A DNA stretch of 61,307 nt, counting the filler, from Dimargaris cristalligena (Eukaryota), in the NCBI GenBank assembly GCA_003614675.1. It is 3 parts of 3 records of this genome, joined end to end, with 100 filler letters (N's around TTAATTAATTAA, not from the genome) between each part and the next. Parts side by side here need not be neighbours in the genome. Positions count along the whole stretch, not along the records: positions 20,599 to 40,932 come from ML002700.1; positions 41,033 to 61,307 come from ML002702.1; 1 more part is not named here. One strand, 5' to 3'. Under the pieces are notes generated by a model that worked only from the letters and a program-made list of their open reading frames with translations, made no database searches and was not told the DNA's origin. Shown here one piece after another: positions 37,997 to 50,818 of this stretch. How positions within the stretch are numbered: position 1 is the first letter of the stretch; each line of letters starts with the position of its first letter. Made by a program: the position numbers and the translations under genes.

Positions 37997-38437
37997 ATGC
38001 ACGCCGCCACCCTCACCCGCGCTTTCGGCCTCCTGCTGTTGGCCATTACCCTGGTCAGCCAGAGCCACCACCCCTCCGTCGCCTTTGCCGATGACAGCGT
38101 CACCATTGCGACTGTCCCCACCGAAACCCCCACCGCCACTACTACCACTATGGCCGTGGCCAACGAGGACTCCGCCACGCTGGACGATGCCGTCGAAGAC
38201 CAGGACCCCGAGGAGTCCACGGCCGAAGAAGGGACCGGGGCCGCTGCCCTCGCTCCCGAAAGCGACGACGACTGGGTGGAAGGCGACCAGGCCGAAGAGG
38301 ACACGAGTCCCGAATCGGCCCAGCTCCAGGCCTTCCGCGTCCGCTGCCAACGCCGCTACTTCTGGGACGGCTTCTGCCACCGCTGCACTCGCCCCTACTG
38401 GTGGAACCGCCGCTGCCACTCTCGCCCCCGCTGGTAA
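37997..38437 (+). CDS. Small secreted prepropeptide: signal, acidic pro-region, cationic Cys/Trp/Arg-rich C-terminal peptide
   Basis: GCCATG start, strong C-ending codon bias, signal MHAATLTRAFGLLLLAITLVSQS, acidic spacer, C-terminus RVRCQRRYFWDGFCHRCTRPYWWNRRCHSRPRW. Confidence 0.8.
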   Translation: MHAATLTRAFGLLLLAITLVSQSHHPSVAFADDSVTIATVPTETPTATTTTMAVANEDSATLDDAVEDQDPEESTAEEGTGAAALAPESDDDWVEGDQAEEDTSPESAQLQAFRVRCQRRYFWDGFCHRCTRPYWWNRRCHSRPRW

Positions 38438-40313
38438 TCATCCCGCCCTTTCCGGCGAGCGATACCTCGCCCCCTCTCATCCCCCCAGTTTTTTTTTTTA
38501 AAAAAATTAATTTTAAAAAAAGAACTAAAACCGAGCCTTCAGGCAGGGCGGGAGATACGAGTGGGATCTCAATTAATGATTGCACCTCGGGTAGTCTACG
38601 CGTTTTGAGCCAACATTTCCCTCCATCAGCTAAATCCAGGGATATATATATGTTCGTATTTTACCTTGCATGTTCTGCGGTACTGGGCCCTAACCTCGAA
38701 GACCTCTTGTTTGCAGATACCTGTCCTTTTGACACCGATCTTGCCCAGTACCCTTTATATAATCAATAAAGTAGATATTTTGCTATCGACCAACCCAGTC
38801 TTTAGGGTGGATCCAGGGATTCACCAGTTGCGGTAAAAAATGATATTCATATTAGTATATCTCTGTGCCTACCATGTGAGGGGGGCCCGCAGTCCCCGGT
38901 TAATAAGCCTTAGATGATTAATTAGTTGCTGGCTGGTTTCCTGGCTGAATTTCATCCATGACCATAACGCAGCAATTCACCTATTCGGAGATTTATTCAA
39001 TTTAGAAATGGTAGGGTAGCGTAGGGCTCTATCAAAATGGAATATAGAGGTACTGTATGGGCACTTGTTTCTTCGCCCACGCCGGTCAACTTGCAGTATC
39101 CCTAAATCCGGATCGTGCACACGGAGAGGTTGATCCCAGGGCCGTGAAGGCCAAGCCCATAGTGTGGCCGGACCTGCTTAACCATTCCAAGCATAACCTC
39201 GCCCAACTATTGTCATTTTAGTATTTGGAAAAGGTGAAGACCCCTACCGGAGGCGGAAGTATTCATCCTTCCACCCAGACTGAGGTGCTTTAGTGATCTG
39301 GGCCAGTCTTCCATAATTCATCATTATGTCCATCCTTCTTCATTCCCTCTCTTCATTATTCATTACTGACGGGTTGCATCTTCTGCCACCACAGCAACAC
39401 CCACCCTCGCCTATCGGTAGATTGGATCTGGGGCACCACTAGTTCGCCATGTTTAACATCTTGTCTATTAACCACCTTTTCTAAATATATATATATATAT
39501 ATACCCGGCCGGTATTCTCTCAATCAAGGTAGGCAGTTTTTACTACATTTGACTTATTATTAAGTTTTCACTGATAACCGGTGCTGTCTTGTCTACACTA
39601 TTACTTGTCCCAATCCCCATTTATAGTGTGTCAGATTCGCCTTGTGCTAACAGTATCTAATAGCGGTCCCTGCCGGAAGTCCAGACAAGAATAGTTCCAC
39701 GCCGATTGTGAATTTTCTGCACCCGGTTATTTAAGTGTGCCGCCCCTTTAACGCTGACGTTGGCCAACCTCCCCACTCCACTTTACTTATTCACCAGGCT
39801 ATATAGAGCCACCAGCCAGTAAGTACACAGGCCGCCCAAGACAAACCCATCCATTATAATTGGGTCATGTGATCTGAAAACCACGCCTGCTCATTATGAA
39901 AAATACAGTATGGGCGATATATAGAGGTGGTCGGTCACATATTACTTATGCAGGCGTTAGTTAGCCTTTGCTGGATGAGAGGCAACAAAATCAAAAATGA
40001 ACTCTTTTTTTTTTCGCTCCCTTTAAATATTTCGCATGAACCGCTGGAATGAGCGGGTGTGCTAATATTACTAGCCTAAACTATATACACACCCCTTCTA
40101 CAATCAACCACCGTGAATCGGTAGTATCGTCGTTACTCCCTTCCATTCACTTCACTTCATTTCCCTTTCGGCCGCCATTCTAGTACTTCCTCCACTTTTC
40201 TAGAGGGGCCACCATATCTCCAAGTGTCGCCGTTTTCCCCCTTCGTTTCGGCCAAAACCCCTATTTTCCCGCCTGACGATCTTGTGATTGATTCCTCTGT
40301 GCCCATTGTCACC

Positions 40314-40932
40314 ATGTTTTCGGACGACACCGATGCCTTATTCGATTGTTTCGAGGCCGCCGAACCAACAACCCCGGCCGTGCTCGATTTGGCCAAATTA
40401 GACCTGGTCAGCCAAACTACGACCACCACCGACCCTTCTGCCGACCCCAGCAAACGGAAAATCGAAAATGAGTACCCCGCTGCCTCCGAGAAGGCAGTGG
40501 TGTCTACCCAACAGCGGGCCTCTCAAGACATCCTAGGACCTCAGACCAAGAAGACCCGCGTGGCCAAGAAGGAAATGGTCTTAGCCGACGAATTCGAACA
40601 AGACACCGAGCGCGAAGTAGCCGCCGCCGGATTACTGCCCACCGAAGAGGGGGCGTCGCTTAAATTGAGTCATCAGGTTCGCCATCAAGTCGCCTTGCCC
40701 CCGGACTACCCCTATGTGCCGATTTCCCAGCACAAGTCCCCCGAGAACCCCGCCCGTACGTATCCCTTTACCCTCGATCCGTTCCAGCGCGTCTCCATCG
40801 CCAGTATCGAGCGGTCCGAATCGGTCCTGGTCAGTGCCCACACGAGTGCCGGTAAAACGGTCGTGGCTGAATACGCCATTGCCCTGAGTCTGCGGGAGAA
40901 GCAGCGGGTCATTTACACCAGTCCCAGCATTG
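40314..40932 (+). CDS. MTR4: Ski2-like RNA helicase Mtr4, 3' truncated
   Basis: [61 protein letters not shown]. Confidence 0.93.
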
Positions 40933-41032
40933 NNNNNNNNNNNNNNNNNNNNNNNNNNNNNNNNNNNNNNNNNNNNTTAATTAATTAANNNNNNNNNNNN
41001 NNNNNNNNNNNNNNNNNNNNNNNNNNNNNNNN
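40933..41032. other. Artificial contig linker
   Basis: 44 N + TTAATTAATTAA + 44 N. Confidence 0.97.
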
Positions 41033-42137
41033 TATCAGCAACCTCCTTGGTCTCCTCGAAGACCATCACTCCGTTCTTGCAGCGGCGGCACAGGAGACCG
41101 TCCATGAAACGGTCAATGGAGTTGGACAGGAGGGCGTTACAGCGGCGGCATTCGCACCAGAAGTGCTTGTTGACCAGCAGATCACGGCGACGCTGCTCAC
41201 GGGGCTGGAAGAGGTCGACGTAGCTCACGGTAAGCTCCTGGCCGGCTTCCACGTTCTTGAGGGTGCGTACGGCCACACAGCCGTCGTCCTTGCTGACGAG
41301 CAGGCAGTTGGGCTCGCAGCTGTGGTTGAAGAAGTGGCCGATCATGGGGAACAGACCTACGCACTCGTTGGTGTTGCGGCTGCGGGTGTTGGAGAAGCCG
41401 TGGGCAAAGATGTTGATGCGGCAGGCCAGATCGATGATCTTGTCATTAGAGGCCAGGGGCTTGAGTTCCTCGGGCAGGGCGGCGATGAAATCGGTCACAG
41501 CGGCAGACACGGTGGTCATCCAGTCATCCTCAAAGGTCTCGCGGCGGGTGGGCAGGTCAGCCAGGAAGCGAATGGGGGTGAACTGGGCGGGGATGGGCTC
41601 GTCGGCGTCGGTTTGGATCTTCTCGAGGGCCAGGACACGGAGGGCCAGACGGAGCAGGTCCAGGTCGATGGAGTGGGTCTTGCGGATTTCGTCGAGCTTA
41701 GCGGCGGTGGCGCATTCCAGCTTATGGCGGGGGGCAGCCTGATCGCGGCAAGCGTCAGAACAGTAGCGCACGAGGGTGCATTCGGTGGAGCAGGCGACGC
41801 CACCGGGGAGGCGGGTCTTCTTATCGGCACCCTGGACGGGGGGGATGAAGGTGAAGCAGTTGTCACAGACCTGGTTGACAAAGTTATTGCGCACAATGGC
41901 CACGGCGGCCCGCTCCACGGTCACCTCGGTGCCGGCAGGAAGGGGATTGACGGTCAGAGTGTGTTCGCTCTTCTTCTGGGAGAAACGGAATTCGACATCG
42001 CTGTTGTTCAGAAGGGACAGGAATTTGGAGGCATCCACGATGGGACGCTTAAGGACCTTGGCGGGGGTTTGCTGGGCGGGCTTGGCCATGGGGGGCTTAG
42101 TGGCGGACTGGGTACGAACAGAAGAGTCACGGAGCAT
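41033..42137 (-). CDS. SET and MYND domain (SMYD-type) lysine methyltransferase-like protein, 3' truncated
   Basis: MYND finger CDNC...CSTEC...YCSDACR...HKLEC; SET motifs FFNHSCEPNC and ELTVSYVD; post-SET FWCECRRC. Confidence 0.88.
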
Positions 42138-44337
42138 GGCGGAGAGGAGGGAGATGGGTGGGATGGGTGGGATGAAAAGAGTGGAGATGCTATTGGAGAT
42201 GAGGGCGTGTGGAACAAGTAGTCAATACTGGCTGGGAATAAAGCACTAAATCAGGGTAAGGGCAGTGAGACAGGCCGGATGGATAAGAGAACGTGGGTTA
42301 GTGGAAGTCGGAAATTGGCAGAGAGAGAGAGTTACAGGGAAGATGTCCAAGACCGAAGGGATAACCACTGGACTATTCGAGGTTTACGGGTTAAGGTTAA
42401 GGTAAGAAATATGAACGCAATAACTTACGGGAAAGTGAGAGGAAAATGAAGTGAACTGAAGAGCAGAGCAGAGGGTCTTAAGGTGAGGACGGGGAGAGTA
42501 GGGTTGATAAATGGCCAGCCGGGAGGAGCAGCATCGCGGGTCTTTATGTGAGCGCACAGGGGGGCGAACGCTTGCCGGGGCTATTTGGGGCTCAGGGGAA
42601 GACATCCCTCTCCCTCGCCCATTCTGTCTGTATGCACTACTTGGTCGACGCTAGCTTTGCCCATTGGTCCACGTTGAAACCTATATGCGCATTTAGTGCG
42701 CCCTGGCCTACCCTCTCTCCTTTGACGCGAGGCCCGCACCGGCCAGTGAATTCGTCCGTACGAGATACTAATACCCTTCCTCCTCCTCTCCGTACGCGCT
42801 CCCACTCTGCGTTGGCACCCGTCGCCGTCTTTATGTTCGAGCTTTGTCGAGCCACCATACTCCAAAATCCTTTTCTTTATACCGACCCTATCGCCACACC
42901 CACTACACAATAAGCTCGCAAATCCTATAGCTCCCTAAGCGAGGTTGAGCCATAGAGCATAGTACCATTGCTTATTTGTAGGCCGCCCCAATTCGTTCGG
43001 GCTGGATATTGCTACAGGAAAGAATGCCCGACCAATGCATGAATCTAGTTAGGGGAGGGGGCCCCACTATTGCGTCTCCCATATCTACCTAACCCTTGGC
43101 CAGATGGCCCCCATCCACAACCCTTCACCGCCACTTCATGGACCTATTATCCATCAGCAACAATCACAGGAGAGACCTATCCTCCATCCCACCAGCCATG
43201 TTCATTAGCACCTGCAAGTCAGTGTACCGGGTTGCAATCATGCCCATGTATTCCACAGTCTAGTCACTAGCCAACTCGCGCTAGTTGTGCAGCCCTCCAT
43301 CCCAAACCCCGGTGGATAAACCATTACGGCAACCCCTAAAGACTAGCTTATAAACCTAATCGTTGCCTAAACTGAGGGGAACCGGGCAGTTTGTAGGGAC
43401 TGGCCCAAGCCATCATCCCATCCACCACTACCTGTCATCATAGAGAATGGTAGGCGGGCTATCCGGGAATAACCCTCCGCTAAATACAGACGTAATGAAG
43501 GTAGCAAAAGAGCCGATTCGGGGGTTTATGACAACGGTTGGTAAGTGGAGGGTCATAGAAGCCTTCCACAACTTTGTCCCACCTATCCAAATGGGAAAGG
43601 GGCGAAAGTAGGTAACAAAGCCCAGCGGACTACCAACCCCCAAATTAATTAGGACCAATGACCGTTAGCCAGCGGTTGGCGAGGCCCAACCAATTATATA
43701 GAGATACGAGGAACACACCGACTGGCCTTCTCCCGCCACTAATCTCAGCCAACATACATTCCTAAGAATCGCCTTCCTCTTCACTCCATCCCCATCAACT
43801 AGCAACCTCAATAAATCACCCTAGGCACCCGTTTTCTGGGTTTAGAGGTTTGATTAGACTAGTGGCGCATATTCATTCTTCAACACACCTTCCCCCCTGT
43901 CGTCGTCAGTCAACCCGTCGAGCCTGCATCAATTACACATATAGGAAGGCCATTCAGTGAAGCAATTCTCTCATAATTATGCCAAATGGTGTAAAATTCG
44001 GGTTACTCTACTATACCATTCAGGTCGTCTTAGCAGTGTCGATATTGGGCAATGTATTTTTTCTTTAATTAAAGTAGCAGATTATATGGGAAATTTTTGG
44101 TGAACATTGAAATGGGTACGAACGAAGTGTTCTCTACTAAAAGAAACTACAAGCGGTCAATTGGCCTCCATCGTTTACCGAGGGGGTAAAACAATGGGAA
44201 ACCAGTAATGTCGGGAATGGGCTAATACTACACTTCCCCGTTAGGAATGAATGAAGAGGGGGAGAGAAGGGAGAGAGGAAAGGGAAGAGTACACACATAC
44301 ACACACACACAAATCAACTGGGAAAAGGGCGAGTAAA

Positions 44338-44986
44338 TTAGTCGACCTCCTCGATGGTGGGACCCTGGTCGCCACCGGCACCGGGGGCAGCGCCGGGAGC
44401 GGCACCAGGGAAACCGCCTGGGGCACCGCCGGGGAAGCCACCAGGAGCGGCGCCAGGAGCACCACCGGCACTCTGGTAGATCTTCATCATGATGGGGTTG
44501 GCGAGCTCCTCCAGCTGCTTCTGGTGTTCCTCGTACTCCTCCTTGGAGGCCTCCTGGCTGTCGTCGAGCCACTTGATGGTGTCGTTGACGGCTTCCTCAA
44601 GCTTCTGCTTGTCGGCGGCATCCAGCTTGGAGGCGATCTTCTCGTCCTGGATGGAGTTGCGCAGGTTGTAGGCGTAGCTCTCCAGACCGTTCTTGGCGGT
44701 GATGCGGGAGGCGGCCTCCTCGTCTTCGGCCTTGTACTTCTCGGCATCGTTGACCATGCGCTCAATCTCTTCCTTGGAGAGACGGCCCTTGTCGTTGGTA
44801 ATGGTGATCTTATTGGACCGGCCGGTGGTCTTGTCAACAGCGGACACGTTCAGGATACCGTTGGCGTCCACGTCGAAAGTGACCTCGACCTGGGGCACAC
44901 CACGGGGGGCGGGGGGGATACCGGTCAGCTCGAACTTACCCAGCAGGTTGTTGTCCTTGGTGCGGGCACGCTCACCTTCGTAGACC

Positions 44987-45028
<42 letters not shown>

Positions 45029-45264
45029 ATCTCGGACTTCTTGGTAGGCACAGTGGTATTACGCTTGATGAGGGGGGTCATGACACCGCCGGCGGTTTCG
45101 ATACCGAGGGACAGAGGGGCGACATCGAGCAGGAGCAGATCCTGAGTCTTCTCGGAGGTGTCACCGGACAGAATGGCGGCCTGGACGGCGGCACCATAGG
45201 CCACGGCCTCATCGGGGTTGATGGACTTGTTGGGCTCCTTGCCGTTGAAGTAGTCGGTAACCAT

Positions 45265-45300
<36 letters not shown>

Positions 45301-46302
45301 CAGGACGATTTCGTGGACGGCGGACTTGTCTAGCTTGGCGTCGCGCAGGACCTTCTCGACGGGTTCCATGGTGGAGCGGAACAGGTCCTGGTTGAGCTCC
45401 TCGAAACGGGCCCGGGTGATGGAGGTGTAGAAATCAACACCCTCGAACAGGGAGTCAATTTCGATGGAGGTCTGGGCGGCGGCGGACAGGGTACGCTTGG
45501 CGCGCTCGCAGGCGGTGCGCAGACGGCGCAGGGAACGGGCGTTGGTGTTGAGGTCCTTCTTGTGCTTGCGCTTGAACTCCTGGACGAAGTGGTTAACCAG
45601 ACGGTTGTCGAAATCCTCACCACCCAGATGGGTGTCACCGGCGGTGGCCTTGACTTCGAAGATACCGTCCTCGATGGTCAGCAGGGACACATCGAAGGTA
45701 CCACCACCCAGATCGAAAATGAGCACGTTCTGCTCGCCCATACCCTTACGGTCGAGACCGTAGGCAATGGCGGCGGCGGTGGGCTCGTTGATGATACGGA
45801 GCACGTTGAGACCGGCGATCATACCGGAGTCCTTGGTGGCCTGGCGCTGGGAGTCGTTGAAGTAGGCAGGGACGGTGACGACGGCGTTGTTGACCTTGTC
45901 GCCGAGGAAGGCTTCGGCGGTCTCGCGCATCTTGATGAGGACCATGGAGGAAATTTCCTCAGGGGTGAACTGCTTCTTCTCACCCTTGTATTCGACCTCA
46001 ATGACGGGCTTGGTGTCCTTGTCAATGACAGTGAAGGGCCAGTGTTGCATATCGGACTGGACCTCGGCGTCCTTGAAACGGCGACCGATCAGGCGCTTGG
46101 CGTCGAAGACGGTGTTGTAGGGGTTCATGGCGACCTGGTTCTTGGCGGCGTCACCAATGAGACGCTCGGTGTCGGTGAAAGCGACATAAGAGGGGGTGGT
46201 ACGGTTACCCTGGTCGTTGGCGATGATTTCGACACGGTCATTCTGCCAGACAGCCACGCAGGAGTAGGTGGTACCCAAATCAATACCGATGGCTTTCGAC
46301 AT
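44338..46302 (-). CDS. HSP70: Cytosolic Hsp70 (SSA subfamily), intronless
   Basis: [38 protein letters not shown]-terminal GPTIEEVD. Confidence 0.99.
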
Positions 46303-46630
46303 GATGATGGAGAGATAATATATATGGAATCAAAAAAAGAAAGATATGTATAGAGAGGAAAGGGGGCAGCAGGTCAATAAGTACAACAGATGGGGAGTGA
46401 CTGCAGACTAGAAGAGAAACAAGTGAGGAAACGACGCAAGGGAGTGGGGCAGGGTGGTTTTATAAAAGGAAGGCGGGGGGCGGGGGAGACCATGGTAGAG
46501 TGAGTGGAAGGCGGCGGAATGTGGGCTGAGACAATCACAACAGGGCGGCGGGACAACCTAGGGCGATGGAATGGGGAAAAACCATGCGGGCCAATGGGAG
46601 GCCCTAGCTCCCCTTAGTCAAATTTTTAAG

Positions 46631-46655
46631 TTTCTTTGATATTCCAGCAAGCTCG
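46631..46655. promoter_or_regulatory. Degenerate heat-shock element upstream of HSP70
   Basis: Phased pentamers tTTCt-tTGAt-aTTCc-aGCAa-gCTCg. TATA-like TTTTATAAAA near 46458-46467. Confidence 0.3.
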
Positions 46656-49302
46656 AGGTGCCGCTGGATGATAATAGTGAGAAAGGCATACACTGGCGCG
46701 GATAGTGGATTATATCATGCCCAGCCAATCACCCCCCGCTTTCCCAGCCATTACTCCGAAGGTGCGCGAACAACCCTCTCCCTTCCATGTATGCATGCAT
46801 TTAGCAAGGGGAGGGGGGGTGTTTCTTCCATTTTTTAGGACGCTCTCTGCCCAAGGCAAAGGCTGAAGGCCCCCCTACCACCAGTGCTGCTGCTGTTTCC
46901 CCCGAAGGTTGCGTTCCTTTATTATTATTACTACTACCATCACTATTATTATTATTATTACGCTTAGAATTGTCCAGGCCCGGGTTAGGCAACCCGGATT
47001 ATAATGCACGCTAATACGGGTAATGCAGGCCAGCATGTAGTAATTGTTACTCGGATATACCCCCTCCCCTTCCTCTGAAAAAGGAAAGGGTGAGAAGCTG
47101 GAACCCCAACACCCCCACCCCCGTCTTGAGGGGGGGGCTTAGTACCGGTATATAACGGATAGAGTAAGTCCAACAGCAACTGGCTGTGGAGCACTCTGCT
47201 GGCGAATGCGGCGCAACTCAAAATACCAGACCGGGCGCCCTGGGCGGAATCCGTGACCAGAACGAACGGCTTAGCCAACCCCTGTAGAGAGAGGAGTAGG
47301 GCTAAACTGACGACAGACCTAAGCCCTCCTCTTCCAAGTCGGGCGCATTCCTTCCTTCGCCCAGAGATCCGCTGCGCCCTCATACGCAAACAGAGTGAGG
47401 GAGGGGAGGATACGCCGATTATTGGTCACAACTATACTATACAGCTAGGTAAGTCCAGCGACGATAACCCTGGTTGCCCAATAGGCGGAATGGTGATGAA
47501 GTTGGAAGAACACGACTCATTCACATTTATGGAGACGAGGGGGGAGATAAAGTGGGCGGAATGGTCAGGGGAGACCCAACGGTTATGCCAGTATGGATTT
47601 TAAAATTAAACCGAGTACCCCAAGGGCAGCCTGCATCAGACACACTCTATCGAGCAACATGATCCGACGGGATGGTCGAATATTGGGGGGATTTGCGACG
47701 AAGAGGGGAGGGGATGTACACTAGGGGGAAGTTGGACCATTGGTACAATTCTTCTCTTTACTAAGCCGGGGCTGAGAGCCCCTACGAAATTACACATCAT
47801 TGCGGTTTAAAGCGTATACTTGATTGCATGACCAAGGTATGTAAACCCTTTGTCAGCGCACCAGGCGTGGGCGCCATTGATTAGACTACACCCTAAACTA
47901 GGCATCGGCCCCGTATTAGATCGTTTGGTGGTCCTGTGCTTGTGACAGTTGGCAATCAGGGCGAATTTCCTAATCAAGACGGTCTACCCGGTCCGCTTTT
48001 GATCACCGTGTTGTATTTTTAGAGGAAGGTTCTGGCGATTAAAGGGTCATTCGTTTAACCTAATCTGTCCTTCGCCAGATTGCGGTTTAGGCATAGTATG
48101 CCCCAACAAGTCCGCATCAAACCCCATTATTGGAAGCACCTGCCCAGCGGTATAACCCGATCTAGAATTGGCTGGCCTGAAAAGGCTACGTAGATGGTCC
48201 CGTACAACTAGGGTCCAATTCGGGTGCAGTAATACAATATTAGGGACTATACGGGGTGGTGAAAGTGTCGAGCTAACACCGTAGTACTTTGATGGCCCCA
48301 ATTAGTAAGCTTACCATGGTGTTTGGATTCGGGGGATTTCTAAATCGGTGCTGGTCATGTGTTGGTAATTTTGTGGGACACTGCCCTTATCCGGCGGTAG
48401 TGGTGACGTTATGTATGGCCCACATCTGTCCCTGCAACAACCAATGCATAGGGAGGCACTTCAGACCTGTATAAGACCATGCGTGGTATGAACATGGGAA
48501 ACTGGGTGGTATATTTATTTATAATCAATAAGGTCCATTTGGTCAAACGGACTCTTCGTGCTAAACAGCTTGGTTGAGTTTTACCCATTTGCTTAATTAA
48601 TGTAGCAAGCCTGGTCTAGCGTGTGGGTGCTATTTCGTCAAATGTAGGGAAAAGATAAGGAAGAAACACAACTCCCCTTCCCCCTATTGTTCACGAAGAA
48701 TTGTCAACATTCGCAAGGGTTTCAGGGGATATAGGATTTACCGTCAGACCTTGGCGTACTTGGCGGTGGGCTTCTTTGGCCTCCACCCCCACTTAGCTTT
48801 GAAACCACAGTCGCCCAACTTTAAGCGCATGCTAGAACATGCTGGGCGATGCGATTGATATAGCCCGCCCAAAGCAAGACGGCTGAGCCGCCATGGGCAG
48901 TGCCGGGCCACCCCAGTAAATCTGTAGGTGTTGGCGTCTAATCCTTGAAAGGACAGTGGGCGGGTTTGGGCCGTCTTGTCACGGGGGGAATTCTGGATAT
49001 ACAGGGCGACAATAAAGGCTGTAATGGATAGTGGTGGTAGGCTTGGGCCTCCTGGGTAATGGACGGGCAAATTCTACTGGGCTGGGCAACCGAGAAGGAG
49101 GCAGAGGTGACTTTGCCCTATACAAACTCTAATTCCCACCAGCGGGGCAGTATGGAAGCAGCTCAAACCCACCCCCCATTTCCCTTCTCTTTCATGCCAT
49201 TCCCCGCCAGCCATTTTCCATTGATTCCTATTCCCAACCGGCACTTGTTCGCGATTCCCAGTTCCAAGCCCTCTCTCTCGTCTTTGCTACACACCTAACC
49301 CC

Positions 49303-50818
49303 ATGTCTTCCACCTCAACCGGCAAGCCAACTGCTCTGCGCCTGGTCCGCGCCTGGTTGGCCTCTCAAGATACGTCTTTGCCGTCCGACTTGACGGTACT
49401 GGACCGCGTCGCTCTACTTATCCACGCCACTCTAGTCACCCGTGGCTTCCAGACAACTTCTGGCGATTCCACTTCGAGTAAGTAAATATGCCTTGGTTCT
49501 TTGGTTAATAACCCGGCCGCATTATGATATACCATCCTTCGCCCCGGATGATCCGGTCTAACACCTCACAATTCTTATATCGAAATACGCCCCCGTTAAT
49601 GCACTATCCCCCATTCCAAAGGTGGACCTCCCGCCGACTGGCGCTTACTCAAAGATCAGCTCTATCGATTCCAATATATCTCCTCCGGCCGCCAATTTGA
49701 GGTTAAAATTGCCGTTGTAGATGGCCAACTGGCGGTGCTGGCCGCTCCTAACCAGGTACGCACCCTATATATAACAATTAGCGGTGTAAATATCTACGTG
49801 AGCTATTTCACGAGTGGGGCTATACTTGGATCTCACTATATTTGTTCCAGTCTCTATCGGCATGTTGCTTTCTCAATGCCCAATGCCTAATTACTATCAC
49901 ACCTTCATCCCTTGATAATTCCATAGGATTCTCAATCACTGGCAGTATGGAATTTCCCAGTATCCTCCATGGAAGCGGCTCTGGAGGCCATTTCAAGCGC
50001 TTCCGATGAAGATGATCGCGAATTGAACGATCACATCACTGCCCTGCTCAAGACCTTACCTGACCGAATGGGACCTGAGGGCCCCCCGCCGTCCAAATCC
50101 GGCCCGTCGACGGCGTCGGCTTCCACTACGGCCCGACCGAGGGGTTCGGCACAGGCACAGGGACCTTCTCCGGCGAGAACCCCTCCCTTCCCCTCGGGCC
50201 CCTCGTTCCGCCCATCAGTCGGTGCAGCGGACTTGGATCCTCTGGCCGCGTCGCCACTGGCCTTCCCCTCCAGCCGCATCCAGCCCCACCCGAGCGGTCC
50301 TTCCACGGGCGATGGGTCCCTAGTGGGACCGGGTCATCCCCTTTTCGCTAGACCCGGGTCGCAGGGGGATCCGACCTCGGATATCTTTGGTGGGCCCCAG
50401 CCCCTCCCCCGAAACGCGGTCCCCTCCGGTGCCCGGTTCGACCCGATCGGACCGTTCGGTATTAACCCAAGCCATGCCCCCGGTGGCCTTAACCGAGGAC
50501 CGCAGTGCCCCCGGCCTTCGGGGCCACATCCATGGAGTGGCGAGCCCGACAATGACGAATTACCACCCCCTGTAAGTTAATTAACGGGAAAACGTGATTT
50601 AGATTACTAAGGATGGAGTTGGATCGCCACCGGATTGATTTACTCACTTGGGTTGTTTATTTCTTGGCGTTTCCAATTACAAAAATTGCCCTCCTTCCCT
50701 GCGGTTGGAATAGTTAGTCAGCTGACTCGATCGTCCATTACTAATACCACTCGTCTATTTTGTGACCCTTGAATCAAATTTCCATGTGGCCTAGGGATAC
50801 AATGATATGTTCATGTGA
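49303..50818 (+). CDS. PSMF1: Proteasome inhibitor PI31 (PSMF1/Fub1-like)
   Basis: Exons 49303-49477, 49622-49755, 49927-50571, 50795-50818. FP-domain-like ALLIHATLV..GF and PADW...YRFQY; C-terminal VGAADLDP, VGPGHPLF, PSGARFDPIGP, GEPDNDELPPP, GYNDMFM*. Confidence 0.88.

Noticed and set aside
41163-42221. 352-aa antisense ORF opposite the SET-MYND gene
   Set aside because: Mirror frame of a codon-biased gene.
44251-46353. Long antisense ORFs (360 aa and 263 aa) opposite HSP70
   Set aside because: A well-known by-product of strong codon bias in hsp70 genes; no independent motifs.
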